DNA of 64,000 nucleotides, from contig JANTFI010000003.1 in NCBI GenBank assembly GCA_024763505.1, positions 784 to 64,783 of the forward strand, given 5' to 3'. Shown piece by piece: positions 48,572 to 57,938 of the stretch (its first letter is position 1; the number at the start of each line of letters is the position of its first letter). The notes beneath the pieces were generated by a model. The model saw nothing but the letters and a program-made list of their open reading frames with translations, had not been told where the DNA came from and searched no databases. Source of the stretch: Gammaproteobacteria bacterium. GTDB taxonomy: Bacteria > Pseudomonadota > Gammaproteobacteria > GCA-001735895. The translations under genes and the position numbers were made by a program.

Positions 48572-50229
48572 TGCCCGGCTCTTCTTCACAGCAACCTCTG
48601 CAACAGCTGTCTTTCCGCTTTCAGCCCGAATTCAGCGTGCTGAAAAATACGGTGAAGTGTATCTTCCGTTGTCGCGCAATCGGCTTTCTCGCGTTGTTGG
48701 CCTTCAGCCTCGGGGCTTTGTTTCTCAGTGTCTTCTGGCTGCCGCCGAGTGCCAGCCAGGCTGGAACCGTTGTGTTTGAAACCCTGCTGCTACTATCATT
48801 CAGCCTGCTATTGATTTGTCTGTATCTGATCTGGCATGACTTGCTCAACCCCGTTATGAATATCGAAGAGTGGTCCCAACAGATGCGCAGCGGTCACCTC
48901 GATTTTAAAATGGATGTTCCCCGGCATGGCGATTTATCGCGATTGTCGGAAGATCTCAACGATCTGGGCACCATGATGTATCACCTGGCGCGGGATACCG
49001 AAGAACAGTTACATCAGCACACCCAGCATACCCAGCAAAAAACCCAGTCTCTGGTGATTCTTTATGATGTGGCGGCCAGCATCAATATTTCCAGCAGCCT
49101 CGAAGACTTGCTCAAACGCTTCCTCAAGACCTTGACTGAAGTCATCCAGGCGAATGCCGGTGCGGTACGCCTGCTGAATGCCGAAGGACAGATGGAACTG
49201 GTCGCCAGCATCGGTTTCGATGATGACTTGATTGCCAAAGAACATTTGTTACCCGCTGAAAGTTGCGTATGCGGGCAAATCGAAAACTGTGATGAACTGG
49301 TTTATCAGGACAGCATACTACCCTGCAGCCAAAAGGTTTCTCACTCCTTTTTCGGCAAGGATCTCGGCCTGATCGTGGTTCCATTGCAATATCAGGGCAA
49401 TACGCTCGGTGTTTACAATTTATTCGTCAACAAGGAAATCTTCGAGAAAAAGAATACCGACGATTACCGGGAACTGTTCACCAGTATCGGGCGTCACCTC
49501 GGCATGGCGATTGCCAAGGCGCGGCTGGATGAGGAATCCACCAAATTATCGATCATGCAAGAGCGCAACCGATTGTCCTATGAATTGCATGACTCGCTGG
49601 CCCAAACTCTGGCCAGCATCCGCCTGCAAGTACGCGTACTCGATGAAATCATGCATCAGGACGATGAACCCACTATCTGGCAACAGTTGGAACGCATCGA
49701 AAACACGGTGGATGAAGCCAACACTGAACTGCGCAGCCTGATCGCCCACTTTCAGGCACCGATCCGAAAACAGGCATTGATCCCGGCTGTACAGGACATC
49801 GTCAAGCGTTTCCGCACCGAGTCGGATATCCATATCTTTTTTCAACACACCATCAATGAACCACTTAATCTTTCCGATAAATACCATCTGGAAGTCATTC
49901 GCATCATTCAGGAGTCGTTGAACAATATCCGTAAACACAGCGAAGCCAATGTTGCCCGTATCATGATTCGTCATCGTGAGCAGAAAAAGCGTCTGCAAAT
50001 CCTGATCGAGGATGATGGCATCGGACTCAAAACCCTGCCCGAAAATAGCAAACCGGGTGAACAGATTGGTCTCAAGAGCATGACCGAGCGTGCATCTCGA
50101 ATGAAAGCCGACTTCACCATGGAATCCGAGCCGGGAGAAGGCACGCGAATTATTCTGGAGTTCGATATCAAACGGGCTCAATCCACTCAACCTTCCGTTA
50201 AAATCGACACCAGCTTCGACCTCGTTTGA
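48571..50229 (+). CDS. membrane-anchored GAF-domain sensor histidine kinase (HisKA_3 / NarX-DegS type)
   Basis: 552 aa with two N-terminal TM helices. A GAF-like region carries the cluster C-x-C-x7-C-x11-C (ESCVCGQIENCDELVYQDSILPCSQ). The H-box is ERNRLSYELHDSLAQTL and the C-terminus is HATPase_c. The ATG overlaps the dsrR stop (TAATG). Confidence 0.8.
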   Translation: MPGSSSQQPLQQLSFRFQPEFSVLKNTVKCIFRCRAIGFLALLAFSLGALFLSVFWLPPSASQAGTVVFETLLLLSFSLLLICLYLIWHDLLNPVMNIEEWSQQMRSGHLDFKMDVPRHGDLSRLSEDLNDLGTMMYHLARDTEEQLHQHTQHTQQKTQSLVILYDVAASINISSSLEDLLKRFLKTLTEVIQANAGAVRLLNAEGQMELVASIGFDDDLIAKEHLLPAESCVCGQIENCDELVYQDSILPCSQKVSHSFFGKDLGLIVVPLQYQGNTLGVYNLFVNKEIFEKKNTDDYRELFTSIGRHLGMAIAKARLDEESTKLSIMQERNRLSYELHDSLAQTLASIRLQVRVLDEIMHQDDEPTIWQQLERIENTVDEANTELRSLIAHFQAPIRKQALIPAVQDIVKRFRTESDIHIFFQHTINEPLNLSDKYHLEVIRIIQESLNNIRKHSEANVARIMIRHREQKKRLQILIEDDGIGLKTLPENSKPGEQIGLKSMTERASRMKADFTMESEPGEGTRIILEFDIKRAQSTQPSVKIDTSFDLV

Positions 50230-50233
50230 CCAC

Positions 50234-50899
50234 ATGAAATTACGCGTACTTGTTATCGATGACCACACCCTGTTTCGTGAAGGGCTCGAAGGCTTATTGA
50301 AACGCCGTGACATCGACGTCATTGCTTCGGTTGGAGATGGCGAAACAGGCATTCGACTGGCACAGGAACTACAGCCCGACATCATCCTGCTGGATATGAG
50401 AATGCCCGAAATCAATGGTCTGGGCGTACTGACTCGTTTGCATGACATTGGCTTGAAAATGCCTATCAGCATGCTCACCACCAGTACCGAAGAGCGTGAT
50501 TTGGTCGAAGCCTTGCGCAGTGGAGCCAAGGGCTATCTGCTCAAAGATATGGAACCGGATTCTCTGGTCGTAGCGCTGCGTGATATCAAAGATGGCAAAA
50601 CGGTAGTCGCACCGACATTGGCGCCGGTACTGGCCAAAGTGGTTCAGGGCAACCTGCCCAGCTCGGAACAGGAAAAAACCCCGTTCGAAGATTTGACCCC
50701 GCGCGAAACCGAAATTCTCGGACTACTGGCTGAAGGTCAGAGTAACAAGCTGATCGCTCGCAATCTCGGGATTTCCGATGGCACAGTCAAACTGCACGTC
50801 AAGGCAATTCTGCGCAAACTGAATGTCCATTCACGAGTTGAAGCAGCTGTACTGGCGGTAGAACACGGCTTGAAAGAATCACAAAAACTCAACGACTGA
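50234..50899 (+). CDS. NarL/LuxR-family response regulator
   Basis: 221 aa with a receiver domain (VLVIDDH...DIILLDMRMP) and a C-terminal LuxR HTH (LTPRETEILGLLAEGQSNKLIARNLGISDGTVKLHVKAILRKL). It starts 4 nt after the kinase gene. Confidence 0.85.
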   Translation: MKLRVLVIDDHTLFREGLEGLLKRRDIDVIASVGDGETGIRLAQELQPDIILLDMRMPEINGLGVLTRLHDIGLKMPISMLTTSTEERDLVEALRSGAKGYLLKDMEPDSLVVALRDIKDGKTVVAPTLAPVLAKVVQGNLPSSEQEKTPFEDLTPRETEILGLLAEGQSNKLIARNLGISDGTVKLHVKAILRKLNVHSRVEAAVLAVEHGLKESQKLND

Positions 50900-50923
50900 A
50901 GAAATTCTTGTTTTTGAGAGGGC

Positions 50924-50956
50924 AAAAAAAAGCCACCCGTATTTATGCCGGGTGGC
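50924..50956. terminator. A-tract plus GC hairpin (GCCACCCG/CGGGTGGC); a possible terminator after the dsr-associated two-component genes
   Basis: 8-bp perfect stem preceded by A8 on the plus strand, giving a U-run on the minus strand. There is no T-run on the plus strand, so orientation and function are uncertain. Confidence 0.35.
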
Positions 50957-51388
50957 GAAAGAGCCTAATTAACCATTGGAGGTAAAACAACTTTACCGTC
51001 TGCAATTATAATCCGAAAAGCCCCCGGCAGCCGGGTATTGGGTTGCATTTACTTGACCCTGATCAAGTCATCCGGCTTTACCCGGCAAATGGCAGCCTGA
51101 CCAGCAATCATTCCCGGTATCAAAGCCATTTGAGGCCCCTTCAGGCCAGATCAGGTTTTTAAAGCCCGGCGGTTATCGATTGGAAAAGGACTTGGTGGAT
51201 CGCAGCGCTGTCGGGGTTCGGGCACGCAGGCAAATCGAATACTTTTGAGCCGCTAGCCGCGAAAGTCGTCTCTGAGGCAATCACCAACGGCTTTGGCCCG
51301 CCGGACCCGTTTGCAATGAGGGCAAAACAATAATCGAGGGCTTCATATAGATCTTGTCTCAGTTGGACAAAACCTGATCTGCGCGCAT

Positions 51389-52669
51389 GTGAACCGGGCC
51401 CAACCCAATACCCATACGGCCAAATTGAAAACTGAAGATACCGAGTATCATCCAATGAAATCCGAAAAAAGTACCAAATCCGTATTGATCAACCCGCTGG
51501 TGGCGCGAGATATCCGCGAAACCCATCGGTCAGCATCCCCGCTGGAGCTGTTTTATGACCTGATCCTGGTCATCGCAATCGCCAGTCTGGCCGCTGAATT
51601 TCACCATGCGCTGTCACAGGTACACGACGTGGCCCATGCCATCGGTATGTTCTTCCTGATCTTCTTTTGCATCTGGTGGCCCTGGAACACCTACACCTGG
51701 TTCGCCTCCGGCTATGACACCGATGACGCCCAGTTTCGACTCGCCACCTTCATGCAAATGATTGGCGTCATGGTCATCACGACCGGCGTCAAACCCGCCT
51801 TTTCGGATGGTCAGTTCCTGATCATGATGATCGGCTATGTGATCATGCGCATTCCCTATGTACTGTTGTGGCTCAAGGTGGCCTATGATGATGCGGCGTC
51901 ACGTCCCACTGCCCTGCGCTATGCCATTGGTGTTTCCGTGGTGCAAACCTGCTGGACCCTGTCGGTACTGTACTTCAATAGCTGGATCCTGTTTATCGCG
52001 CTGATTTTTTTCGAGCTGCTGGTGCCCTATTTCGCCGAAAAGGCAGCCGACAAAAAGAAGAATACCAAATACCATTTTGATCATATTGAAGAGAGGCTGG
52101 GGCTGCTGACGATTATCGTACTCGGTGAATCCGTACTCGCTTCGGTGCATGCCTTTGAAAAAGTGATAGCTCACTTTTCAGCGGATCTGGCCATGCTGGT
52201 TGCCGGCACGATCATGATTCTGTTTTCGATGTGGTGGCTCTACTTTGATGACAAGGTCGAATCGGTGCTGGAAAGCAAAAACAAAGCATTTTTGTGGGGA
52301 TATGGCCACTATCTGATTTACGTATTTGCCACTGCCGTGGGCGCCTTGATCAGCGTCAATGTCGATGTTTTGACTGCACATTCCTCGATGAGCCAAAGCG
52401 ATGCCGTGCTGGGGCTTTCCGTTGCGATTGCCGGCTACCTGATTTCGGTCTGGTTATGCCACGACTTTCTGTTGAAGAAAACCGGTTTGCAGAAATATGA
52501 ATTGCTGCTTCTGGCACTGTGTGTGATCGGCATTGCCGCCCTGTTCCACAGTATTTTTCTGATCGGTCTGGCATTCGTCCTGTTGAATATCCTGCGCCTG
52601 TTCAGACGCCACCGGGCTTATCAGCAACAAAATCTACCGCTGCAAAACTCCGCTCAAGGCACAAAGTAA
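51389..52669 (+). CDS. LtrA (low-temperature-requirement A)-like integral membrane protein
   Basis: 426-aa polytopic membrane protein with an N-proximal ...SPLELFYDLILVIAIASL motif typical of the LtrA/DUF1211 family. The real start may be the internal MKSEKS at 51455. Confidence 0.45.
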   Translation: MNRAQPNTHTAKLKTEDTEYHPMKSEKSTKSVLINPLVARDIRETHRSASPLELFYDLILVIAIASLAAEFHHALSQVHDVAHAIGMFFLIFFCIWWPWNTYTWFASGYDTDDAQFRLATFMQMIGVMVITTGVKPAFSDGQFLIMMIGYVIMRIPYVLLWLKVAYDDAASRPTALRYAIGVSVVQTCWTLSVLYFNSWILFIALIFFELLVPYFAEKAADKKKNTKYHFDHIEERLGLLTIIVLGESVLASVHAFEKVIAHFSADLAMLVAGTIMILFSMWWLYFDDKVESVLESKNKAFLWGYGHYLIYVFATAVGALISVNVDVLTAHSSMSQSDAVLGLSVAIAGYLISVWLCHDFLLKKTGLQKYELLLLALCVIGIAALFHSIFLIGLAFVLLNILRLFRRHRAYQQQNLPLQNSAQGTK

Positions 52670-52850
52670 TCATGACTTTTCGCCTGACCATAGAAAAACC
52701 GGCTCACTGACCCTACATATAAAAAGTCAGGATTCACCGTCCTATATCCTCCTGACAAGGGCTAGCTTGCCTGTTAGCACTCGCGTTTCGACGCATTTGT
52801 TGACAGCGTGTTAGATTCTGAAAACGGAAAACTCAGGGATACCATTTGCA

Positions 52851-53603
52851 ATGATCTTTAAACAGTTATTTGAAGCAGACTCTTCCACCTACACTTATCT
52901 GATTGCCGATCGTGATTCAGGCAAAGCCATACTGATTGATCCCGTCCGTGAAACGGTCGAGCGTGATCTACAGGTTTTGAAAGACTTGAATCTGACCCTG
53001 ACCGCCACACTGGAAACGCATGTTCATGCCGACCACCTGACCGGTGCCAGATTACTCAAAACCAAAACGGGCTGCGACATCGCCTACCCCGCAATGGTGC
53101 AATCATCCTGCATTGACATCGGCATCCAGGAAGGCAAAGCCTTTCAGGTCGGAGCGATCGAGCTAAACCCGCTGTATACGCCAGGACATACCGATCACCA
53201 TCATGCTTATCTGATCGACACCCCGGTACAAAAACTGCTTTTTACCGGCGATGCATTACTGATCGAAGCCTGCGGACGCACCGATTTCCAATCCGGTGAC
53301 GCAGAAGCGCTGTATAACAGCATCCACAATAAAATATTCTCGTTGCCCGATGAAACGCTGGTATACCCCGGGCATGATTATGACGGGCGTTTTATCACAT
53401 CCGTGGCCCAGGAAAAGATTCGCAACCCGAGACTTGGCGGTGGTAAAAGCAAGCAGGAATTTATCGAAATCATGAACGGTCTCGATTTACCCTACCCGCG
53501 CAAAATAGATTTTGCAGTACCCGGCAATGAACAATGTGGAACTTGCCCGGATAATATCCCTGAAAAATACAAAGGCAGCTGTGCCATGTACGATCAGGGC
53601 TGA
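52851..53603 (+). CDS. persulfide dioxygenase (ETHE1-like metallo-beta-lactamase fold)
   Basis: 250 aa with an HVHADH metal site and LFTGDALLIEACGRTDFQSGDAEALYNSIHNKIFSLPDETLVYPGHDY...IDFAVPGN. These closely parallel ETHE1/PDO and distinguish it from glyoxalase II. Confidence 0.8.
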   Translation: MIFKQLFEADSSTYTYLIADRDSGKAILIDPVRETVERDLQVLKDLNLTLTATLETHVHADHLTGARLLKTKTGCDIAYPAMVQSSCIDIGIQEGKAFQVGAIELNPLYTPGHTDHHHAYLIDTPVQKLLFTGDALLIEACGRTDFQSGDAEALYNSIHNKIFSLPDETLVYPGHDYDGRFITSVAQEKIRNPRLGGGKSKQEFIEIMNGLDLPYPRKIDFAVPGNEQCGTCPDNIPEKYKGSCAMYDQG

Positions 53604-53723
53604 CAGCGGCCCAAGTTCGTATTGCCAAAAGAGATGCGCGTCCAGGTTAATTGCCCGGACGAGATGGTGGAAACTGTTTCGGCATGAAAAACTTATAACC
53701 GAGGAAAATAAAAAACAGATAAA

Positions 53724-53810
53724 TGGTGCCCGGGGCCGGAGTCGAACCGGCACGGTGTTGCCACCGAGGGATTTTAAGTCCCTTGCGTCTACCAGTTTCG
53801 CCACCCGGGC
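53724..53810 (-). tRNA. tRNA-Leu (anticodon UAA)
   Basis: 87 nt. The minus-strand read GCCCGGGTGGCGAAACTGGTAGACGC...GGACTTAAAATCC...long variable arm...GGTTCGACTCCGGCCCCGGGCACCA folds as a cloverleaf with CCA. Confidence 0.85.
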
Positions 53811-53876
53811 TTTGCAGGTCTGGTGCTACCTGGGATTTCTGAGATCGTGATGAAGGTCAGCAAGACGTTAATCGTA

Positions 53877-53950
53877 TGGAGGCTGAGGGCGGAATCGAAC
53901 CGCCGTCCACGGCTTTGCAGGCCGCTGCATAACCACTCTGCCACCCAGCC
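53877..53950 (-). tRNA. tRNA-Cys (anticodon GCA)
   Basis: 74 nt. GGCTGGGTGGCAGAGTGGTTATGCAGCGGCCTGCAAAGCCGTGGACGGCGGTTCGATTCCGCCCTCAGCCTCCA, with GCA in the anticodon loop. Confidence 0.85.
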
Positions 53951-54020
53951 AATACGGTCATGTCTTGCTTGTCTTTGTGCCAGTAAAAAAGCCCCGATAA
54001 GACTATCGGGGCTTAGAATC

Positions 54021-54096
54021 TGGAGCGGGAAACGAGATTCGAACTCGCGACCCCAACCTTGGCAAGGTTGTGCTCTACCAGCTGAGCTATTCCCGC
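54021..54096 (-). tRNA. tRNA-Gly (anticodon GCC)
   Basis: 76 nt. GCGGGAATAGCTCAGCTGGTAGAGCACAACCTTGCCAAGGTTGGGGTCGCGAGTTCGAATCTCGTTTCCCGCTCCA. Confidence 0.85.
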
Positions 54097-54177
54097 GAAA
54101 GAGGCGCTATAATAGCGATTCGGTAAAAACTGTCAAGGCTAAACCGGGCATTTTCCAGATTTATTTCAGCCCTGTTT

Positions 54178-54771
54178 TTAACCATGATGGATGATCACGG
54201 GCCATGCTGCCTTAAGGTAAATCGCCATCGAAAATAGCGTCAGAAATGCCGCCAGATAATAAAACCAGAGACCCACTTCAAACATCGATAAACCCATGAA
54301 TGGTTGATGATATAACATCAAAACCAGCGAGAATAATTGTGCTGTGGTTTTTGCCTTGCCAACGAAGCTGACCTTGATGGTGGCGCGGCTGCCAAGCTCT
54401 GCCATCCACTCGCGCAATGCCGATACGGTAATTTCCCGGCTGATGATAATCACTGAAGGTATTGCGATCCAGATTGAAGGGTTCTCAGCCACCAGCAGGA
54501 TGATGGCTGCGGCCACCATAAGCTTGTCGGCCACCGGATCCAGAAATGCACCAAAGGCCGACTCTTGATTTAAAACCCGGGCCAGATAGCCATCAATCCA
54601 GTCGGTTATGCTGGCCAGCGCAAAGATGACAGCCGCAGCCGTATAGGCCCACTGCGCCGGCCAATAGAAAACTACGATGAAAACCGGTATCAGCAGAATG
54701 CGAAAAAGTGTGATGAGGGTGGGTAAAGTCAGCTTCATGGGTCTTCTCGAATCAGCCGTGGAAACTATCAT
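54178..54771 (-). CDS. pgsA: CDP-diacylglycerol--glycerol-3-phosphate 3-phosphatidyltransferase
   Basis: 197 aa with a CDP-alcohol phosphotransferase motif (DGYLAR...FGAFLDPVADK). Classic position between uvrC and tRNA-Gly. Confidence 0.85.
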   Translation of the reverse strand: MIVSTADSRRPMKLTLPTLITLFRILLIPVFIVVFYWPAQWAYTAAAVIFALASITDWIDGYLARVLNQESAFGAFLDPVADKLMVAAAIILLVAENPSIWIAIPSVIIISREITVSALREWMAELGSRATIKVSFVGKAKTTAQLFSLVLMLYHQPFMGLSMFEVGLWFYYLAAFLTLFSMAIYLKAAWPVIIHHG

Positions 54772-56593
54772 AGATCTGTTGTGCCGTCTCGCGGTTTATC
54801 CCCTTGATTTGGCTCAATTCTTCGATGCCCGCCGATTTCACACCCTGTAACCCGCCAAATTTCTGCAGTAGTAATTGTCGCCTTTTTGCACCGATGCCGG
54901 GGATATCTTCCAGCTTTGATCGCTTTCTGGCCTTACCCCGGGCCTTTCGATGGCCAGTTATAGCAAAGCGATGAGACTCGTCGCGGATTTGCTGGATCAG
55001 CAATCGTGCGGGGGCATCGAGGGCTATATTGAGTTCCTGGTCGTTTTCATCCAGCAGGGTTTCATGGCCATCCCGGCGCTCTGCCCCCTTTGCAATTCCG
55101 ATTACCCGTAACTCGGGCTTGAGGGCGAAGATATCCAGCCCCTGCAACACTTCGAGCGCACTGTGCAACTGCCCTTTTCCTCCGTCGATAAAGACAATAT
55201 CCGGCAGATTTTGCGGCTGCTGACGCAACTTGTCGTAGCGCCGGGTCAATACCTGACGCATGGCTGCATAATCATCTCCGTGTGAAATGTCTCGTATATT
55301 ATAAAGTCGATAGTCCGATTTGATTGCACCTTCACTTCCAAATACGACACAGGATGCCTTGGTTGCCTCTCCTTGAGTATGGCTAATGTCGAAACACTCC
55401 ATCCGCTCGGGTGGGCTCTCGAGGTTTAGCTCTTCAATCAGGGACTGGTAACGGGCATTCTGGTTAGTGGCCGACTGCAGGTGGCGTTGCAGTGATTCGC
55501 GTGCATTTTTCACTGCCATTTCAAGTGCTTTTTTGCGCCGATCGCGCACATGGGTTTTGATTTGAATGCTGGCCAGCGCAATGTCGCCCAGTGTTTTTTC
55601 GAGCAGGAGCCTGTTTTCGATTTCTTCATTGATAATGATTTCACCGGGCACGGGATGACGTGAGTAATGCTGAATTAAAAAAGTTTCGAGAATTTCAGCC
55701 ATGCTATCGTCGAGCTTGCGACGAATAAAAAAAGGCTTGTTACCCAACGAGGTCCCGGAGCGAATCATGAACACTTGAATACAACAGCGGTCCTGTTCAA
55801 GTGCAGCAGCGATGATGTCGATATTACTGCTGAAGCCGGTCACAAACTGTTTTTCGTTGGCCTTGCGCAATTGCTCGATGGTGTCCCGATATTCCGCTGC
55901 TTTTTCGAATTCAAGCTGTCTTGAAGCTTGCTCCATCAGCTTGACCTGATCGGAGATCAGCGTTTCATTCTTTCCCTTTAAAAACATTTCAGCCTGATGA
56001 ATCTGCTGCGCATATTCCGATTGGCTGACCAGCCCGACACAAGGTGCGGTGCAGCGTTTGATCTGGTACTGCAGGCAGGGACGACTGCGATTGCGAAACA
56101 TGGTGTCTTCACAATCGCGCAGTTTAAATATCCGCTGCAAATGATGCAGACTGTAACGAATCGAACCGGCGCTTGGAAAAGGTCCAAAAAAGCGTCCATT
56201 GCGGCTCGAGGTCGCGCCCCGATAAATCTTCAATCGAGGAAAATCATGCCGGGTCAACTGGATATAGGGGTAGCTTTTATCATCCCGAAACAGGATGTTA
56301 TAGCGCGGATTGAGATTTTTGATCAGGTCATTTTCCAGCAGCAAGGCTTCGCTTTCGGTGCGCGTATGAATAACTTCGATGGCACAGATGTGGCTGACCA
56401 GCGAACGTGTTTTGGGTGACAGGCCGGTATTGCGAAAATAGCTGGATAAGCGTTTCTTCAAATCCTTGGCCTTGCCAACATAGATCACTTGTCCATGTGT
56501 ATTAATCATCCGATATACGCCAGGGACCGGCTTGACGGTTTGCAGAAAGGCGGTCGCATCAAAATCGGTGGTAGAACTGTCTGCAGCAGGCAT
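54752..56593 (-). CDS. uvrC: excinuclease ABC subunit C
   Basis: 613 aa with an N-terminal GIY-YIG domain (GVYRMINTHGQVIYVGKAKDLKKR), a UvrBC-interaction region, and a C-terminal RNaseH-like/HhH region (LEDIPGIGAKRRQLLLQKFGGL). Confidence 0.9.
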   Translation of the reverse strand: MPAADSSTTDFDATAFLQTVKPVPGVYRMINTHGQVIYVGKAKDLKKRLSSYFRNTGLSPKTRSLVSHICAIEVIHTRTESEALLLENDLIKNLNPRYNILFRDDKSYPYIQLTRHDFPRLKIYRGATSSRNGRFFGPFPSAGSIRYSLHHLQRIFKLRDCEDTMFRNRSRPCLQYQIKRCTAPCVGLVSQSEYAQQIHQAEMFLKGKNETLISDQVKLMEQASRQLEFEKAAEYRDTIEQLRKANEKQFVTGFSSNIDIIAAALEQDRCCIQVFMIRSGTSLGNKPFFIRRKLDDSMAEILETFLIQHYSRHPVPGEIIINEEIENRLLLEKTLGDIALASIQIKTHVRDRRKKALEMAVKNARESLQRHLQSATNQNARYQSLIEELNLESPPERMECFDISHTQGEATKASCVVFGSEGAIKSDYRLYNIRDISHGDDYAAMRQVLTRRYDKLRQQPQNLPDIVFIDGGKGQLHSALEVLQGLDIFALKPELRVIGIAKGAERRDGHETLLDENDQELNIALDAPARLLIQQIRDESHRFAITGHRKARGKARKRSKLEDIPGIGAKRRQLLLQKFGGLQGVKSAGIEELSQIKGINRETAQQIYDSFHG

Positions 56594-56605
56594 CTTGAGT
56601 GCAGA

Positions 56606-57274
56606 TTAATCAGTGGCCAGAATCGAGGTAATATCCTGCTGGCTGAAATCGACCATGCCCATTTCAACGGCTACCTTGACCAATTCAATCTCATTGCCTA
56701 CTTCCAACTTGTCGAGAATCCGGGAGCGATAAGTGCTGACCGTTTTCGGGCTCAGACATAGCGCTCGGGAGACTTCCGCATTGGTGTGGCCATTGGCCAG
56801 CATCAGCATGACTTGAAATTCGCGACGGGACAAACGGTCAACCAGATTTTTGGCGCCAGGTAACATCGATAAAGCCAATTGCTGGGCGATGCGAGGCTCG
56901 ATAAAACTGCCGCCTTCGAACACCTGGGTGATGGCATTGACCATGGTATGAACATCGCATTCTTTAGTGAGATAACCACGGGCACCAATTTCGAGTAAAC
57001 GCTTTGGGAATGATTGGTCAGAGTGAATGGTCAGAATGATGATTTTATGATCGGGGTGCAGGCTGAGAATTCGGCGACAAGCTTCCAGCCCACCCATGCC
57101 TGGCATGTTCAAATCCATCATCGTGATATCGGGCTGCAGTTCATCAATACTCTTGATGCAGGACTCTCCCGAGTCCGCTTCACCAATCACTTTTACCTTT
57201 TTGCTGTCTTCCAGTAGCCTCTTGATCCCTGTCCTGACCAGCGCATGGTCATCAGTCAATAATACGTTTATCAT
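56606..57274 (-). CDS. uvrY: UvrY/GacA/SirA-type LuxR-family response regulator
   Basis: Receiver domain (MINVLLTDDHALVRTGIKRLL...DITMMDLNMPGMGG) plus a LuxR HTH (LSRREFQVMLMLANGHTNAEVSRALCLSPKTVSTYRSRILDKL), immediately upstream of uvrC. The start was set at the MINVLL Met; the track ORF begins 5 codons earlier. Confidence 0.85.
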   Translation of the reverse strand: MINVLLTDDHALVRTGIKRLLEDSKKVKVIGEADSGESCIKSIDELQPDITMMDLNMPGMGGLEACRRILSLHPDHKIIILTIHSDQSFPKRLLEIGARGYLTKECDVHTMVNAITQVFEGGSFIEPRIAQQLALSMLPGAKNLVDRLSRREFQVMLMLANGHTNAEVSRALCLSPKTVSTYRSRILDKLEVGNEIELVKVAVEMGMVDFSQQDITSILATD

Positions 57275-57366
57275 TTTTGGCCCTAACATTCGATTCAGCC
57301 GGCAATCACGGCTGTTAATCTAGTGTAGCAGAGTCAGCCTACAATCTGTAGTCCGTTGGTAGCCAG

Positions 57367-57849
57367 TCAATCTTCGGTTTGCAACCAATCCTTGAACGGG
57401 TGCCGGACCAGCGAAACATTGATATAGCGTCGATCATCGGAAACTTCGCGGCCCAGCCAGGCAGGGTGTTGGAAGATTTGCTGTTCATGCTCCAGCTCGA
57501 TTTCGGCCACCAGCAAGCCGCTATTGTCGCCGTAAAATTCATCGATTTCCCAGGTATACTGGCCTTCGCGAACCAGATGACGTGTCTTGATAATCGGGCT
57601 GCCCAGACACATATTCATCAGCATGAATTCGCCATCATGGAACGGGATTTCGTACTCGAATTCGTGGCGGCGAATGGACTCGGTCATGGTTTTGCTGCTG
57701 ATATAGGCCTGCTGATTGGCAATGCGAATGCGCAGCGAAGCTTTTTCAGTATTGCATAAATAGGCTTGTTTGATGGCCACAGTCTGATAGACATCGGCCC
57801 GCCAATCGTCGTTTTTCAGTAGAAACTTCCGTTCTATTTCGTATGCCAT
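57367..57849 (-). CDS. CYTH-domain protein (CyaB/ThTPase-like triphosphate tunnel metalloenzyme)
   Basis: 160 aa starting MAYEIERKFLL, the ExExK CYTH signature, with later conserved acidic pairs (EIDEFYGDN, VAEIELEHE). Confidence 0.75.
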   Translation of the reverse strand: MAYEIERKFLLKNDDWRADVYQTVAIKQAYLCNTEKASLRIRIANQQAYISSKTMTESIRRHEFEYEIPFHDGEFMLMNMCLGSPIIKTRHLVREGQYTWEIDEFYGDNSGLLVAEIELEHEQQIFQHPAWLGREVSDDRRYINVSLVRHPFKDWLQTED

Positions 57850-57938
57850 GACTTCAACCGAATCGTTCTTTGTCTGGATCGATCTTGAGCGAAATCCACC
57901 AACTCTGGCACTGCGGCAATATTGAAATGCTCGCGAGA

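Noticed and set aside
49546-50529. 327-aa minus-strand ORF
   Set aside because: Antisense to the GAF histidine kinase and response regulator. Spurious.
51024-51410. 13-nt inverted repeat GGGTATTGGGTTG ... CAACCCAATACCC about 370 bp apart, considered as MITE-like termini
   Set aside because: A single 13-mer inverted match within 400 nt is expected by chance at roughly 0.4 per 64 kb. There are no target-site duplications and no further copies.
51159-51455. 98-aa minus-strand ORF in the RR-LtrA intergenic region
   Set aside because: No SD, no motif, and it overlaps the likely LtrA-like start. It is not called, although the upstream A-tract hairpin would fit as its terminator.
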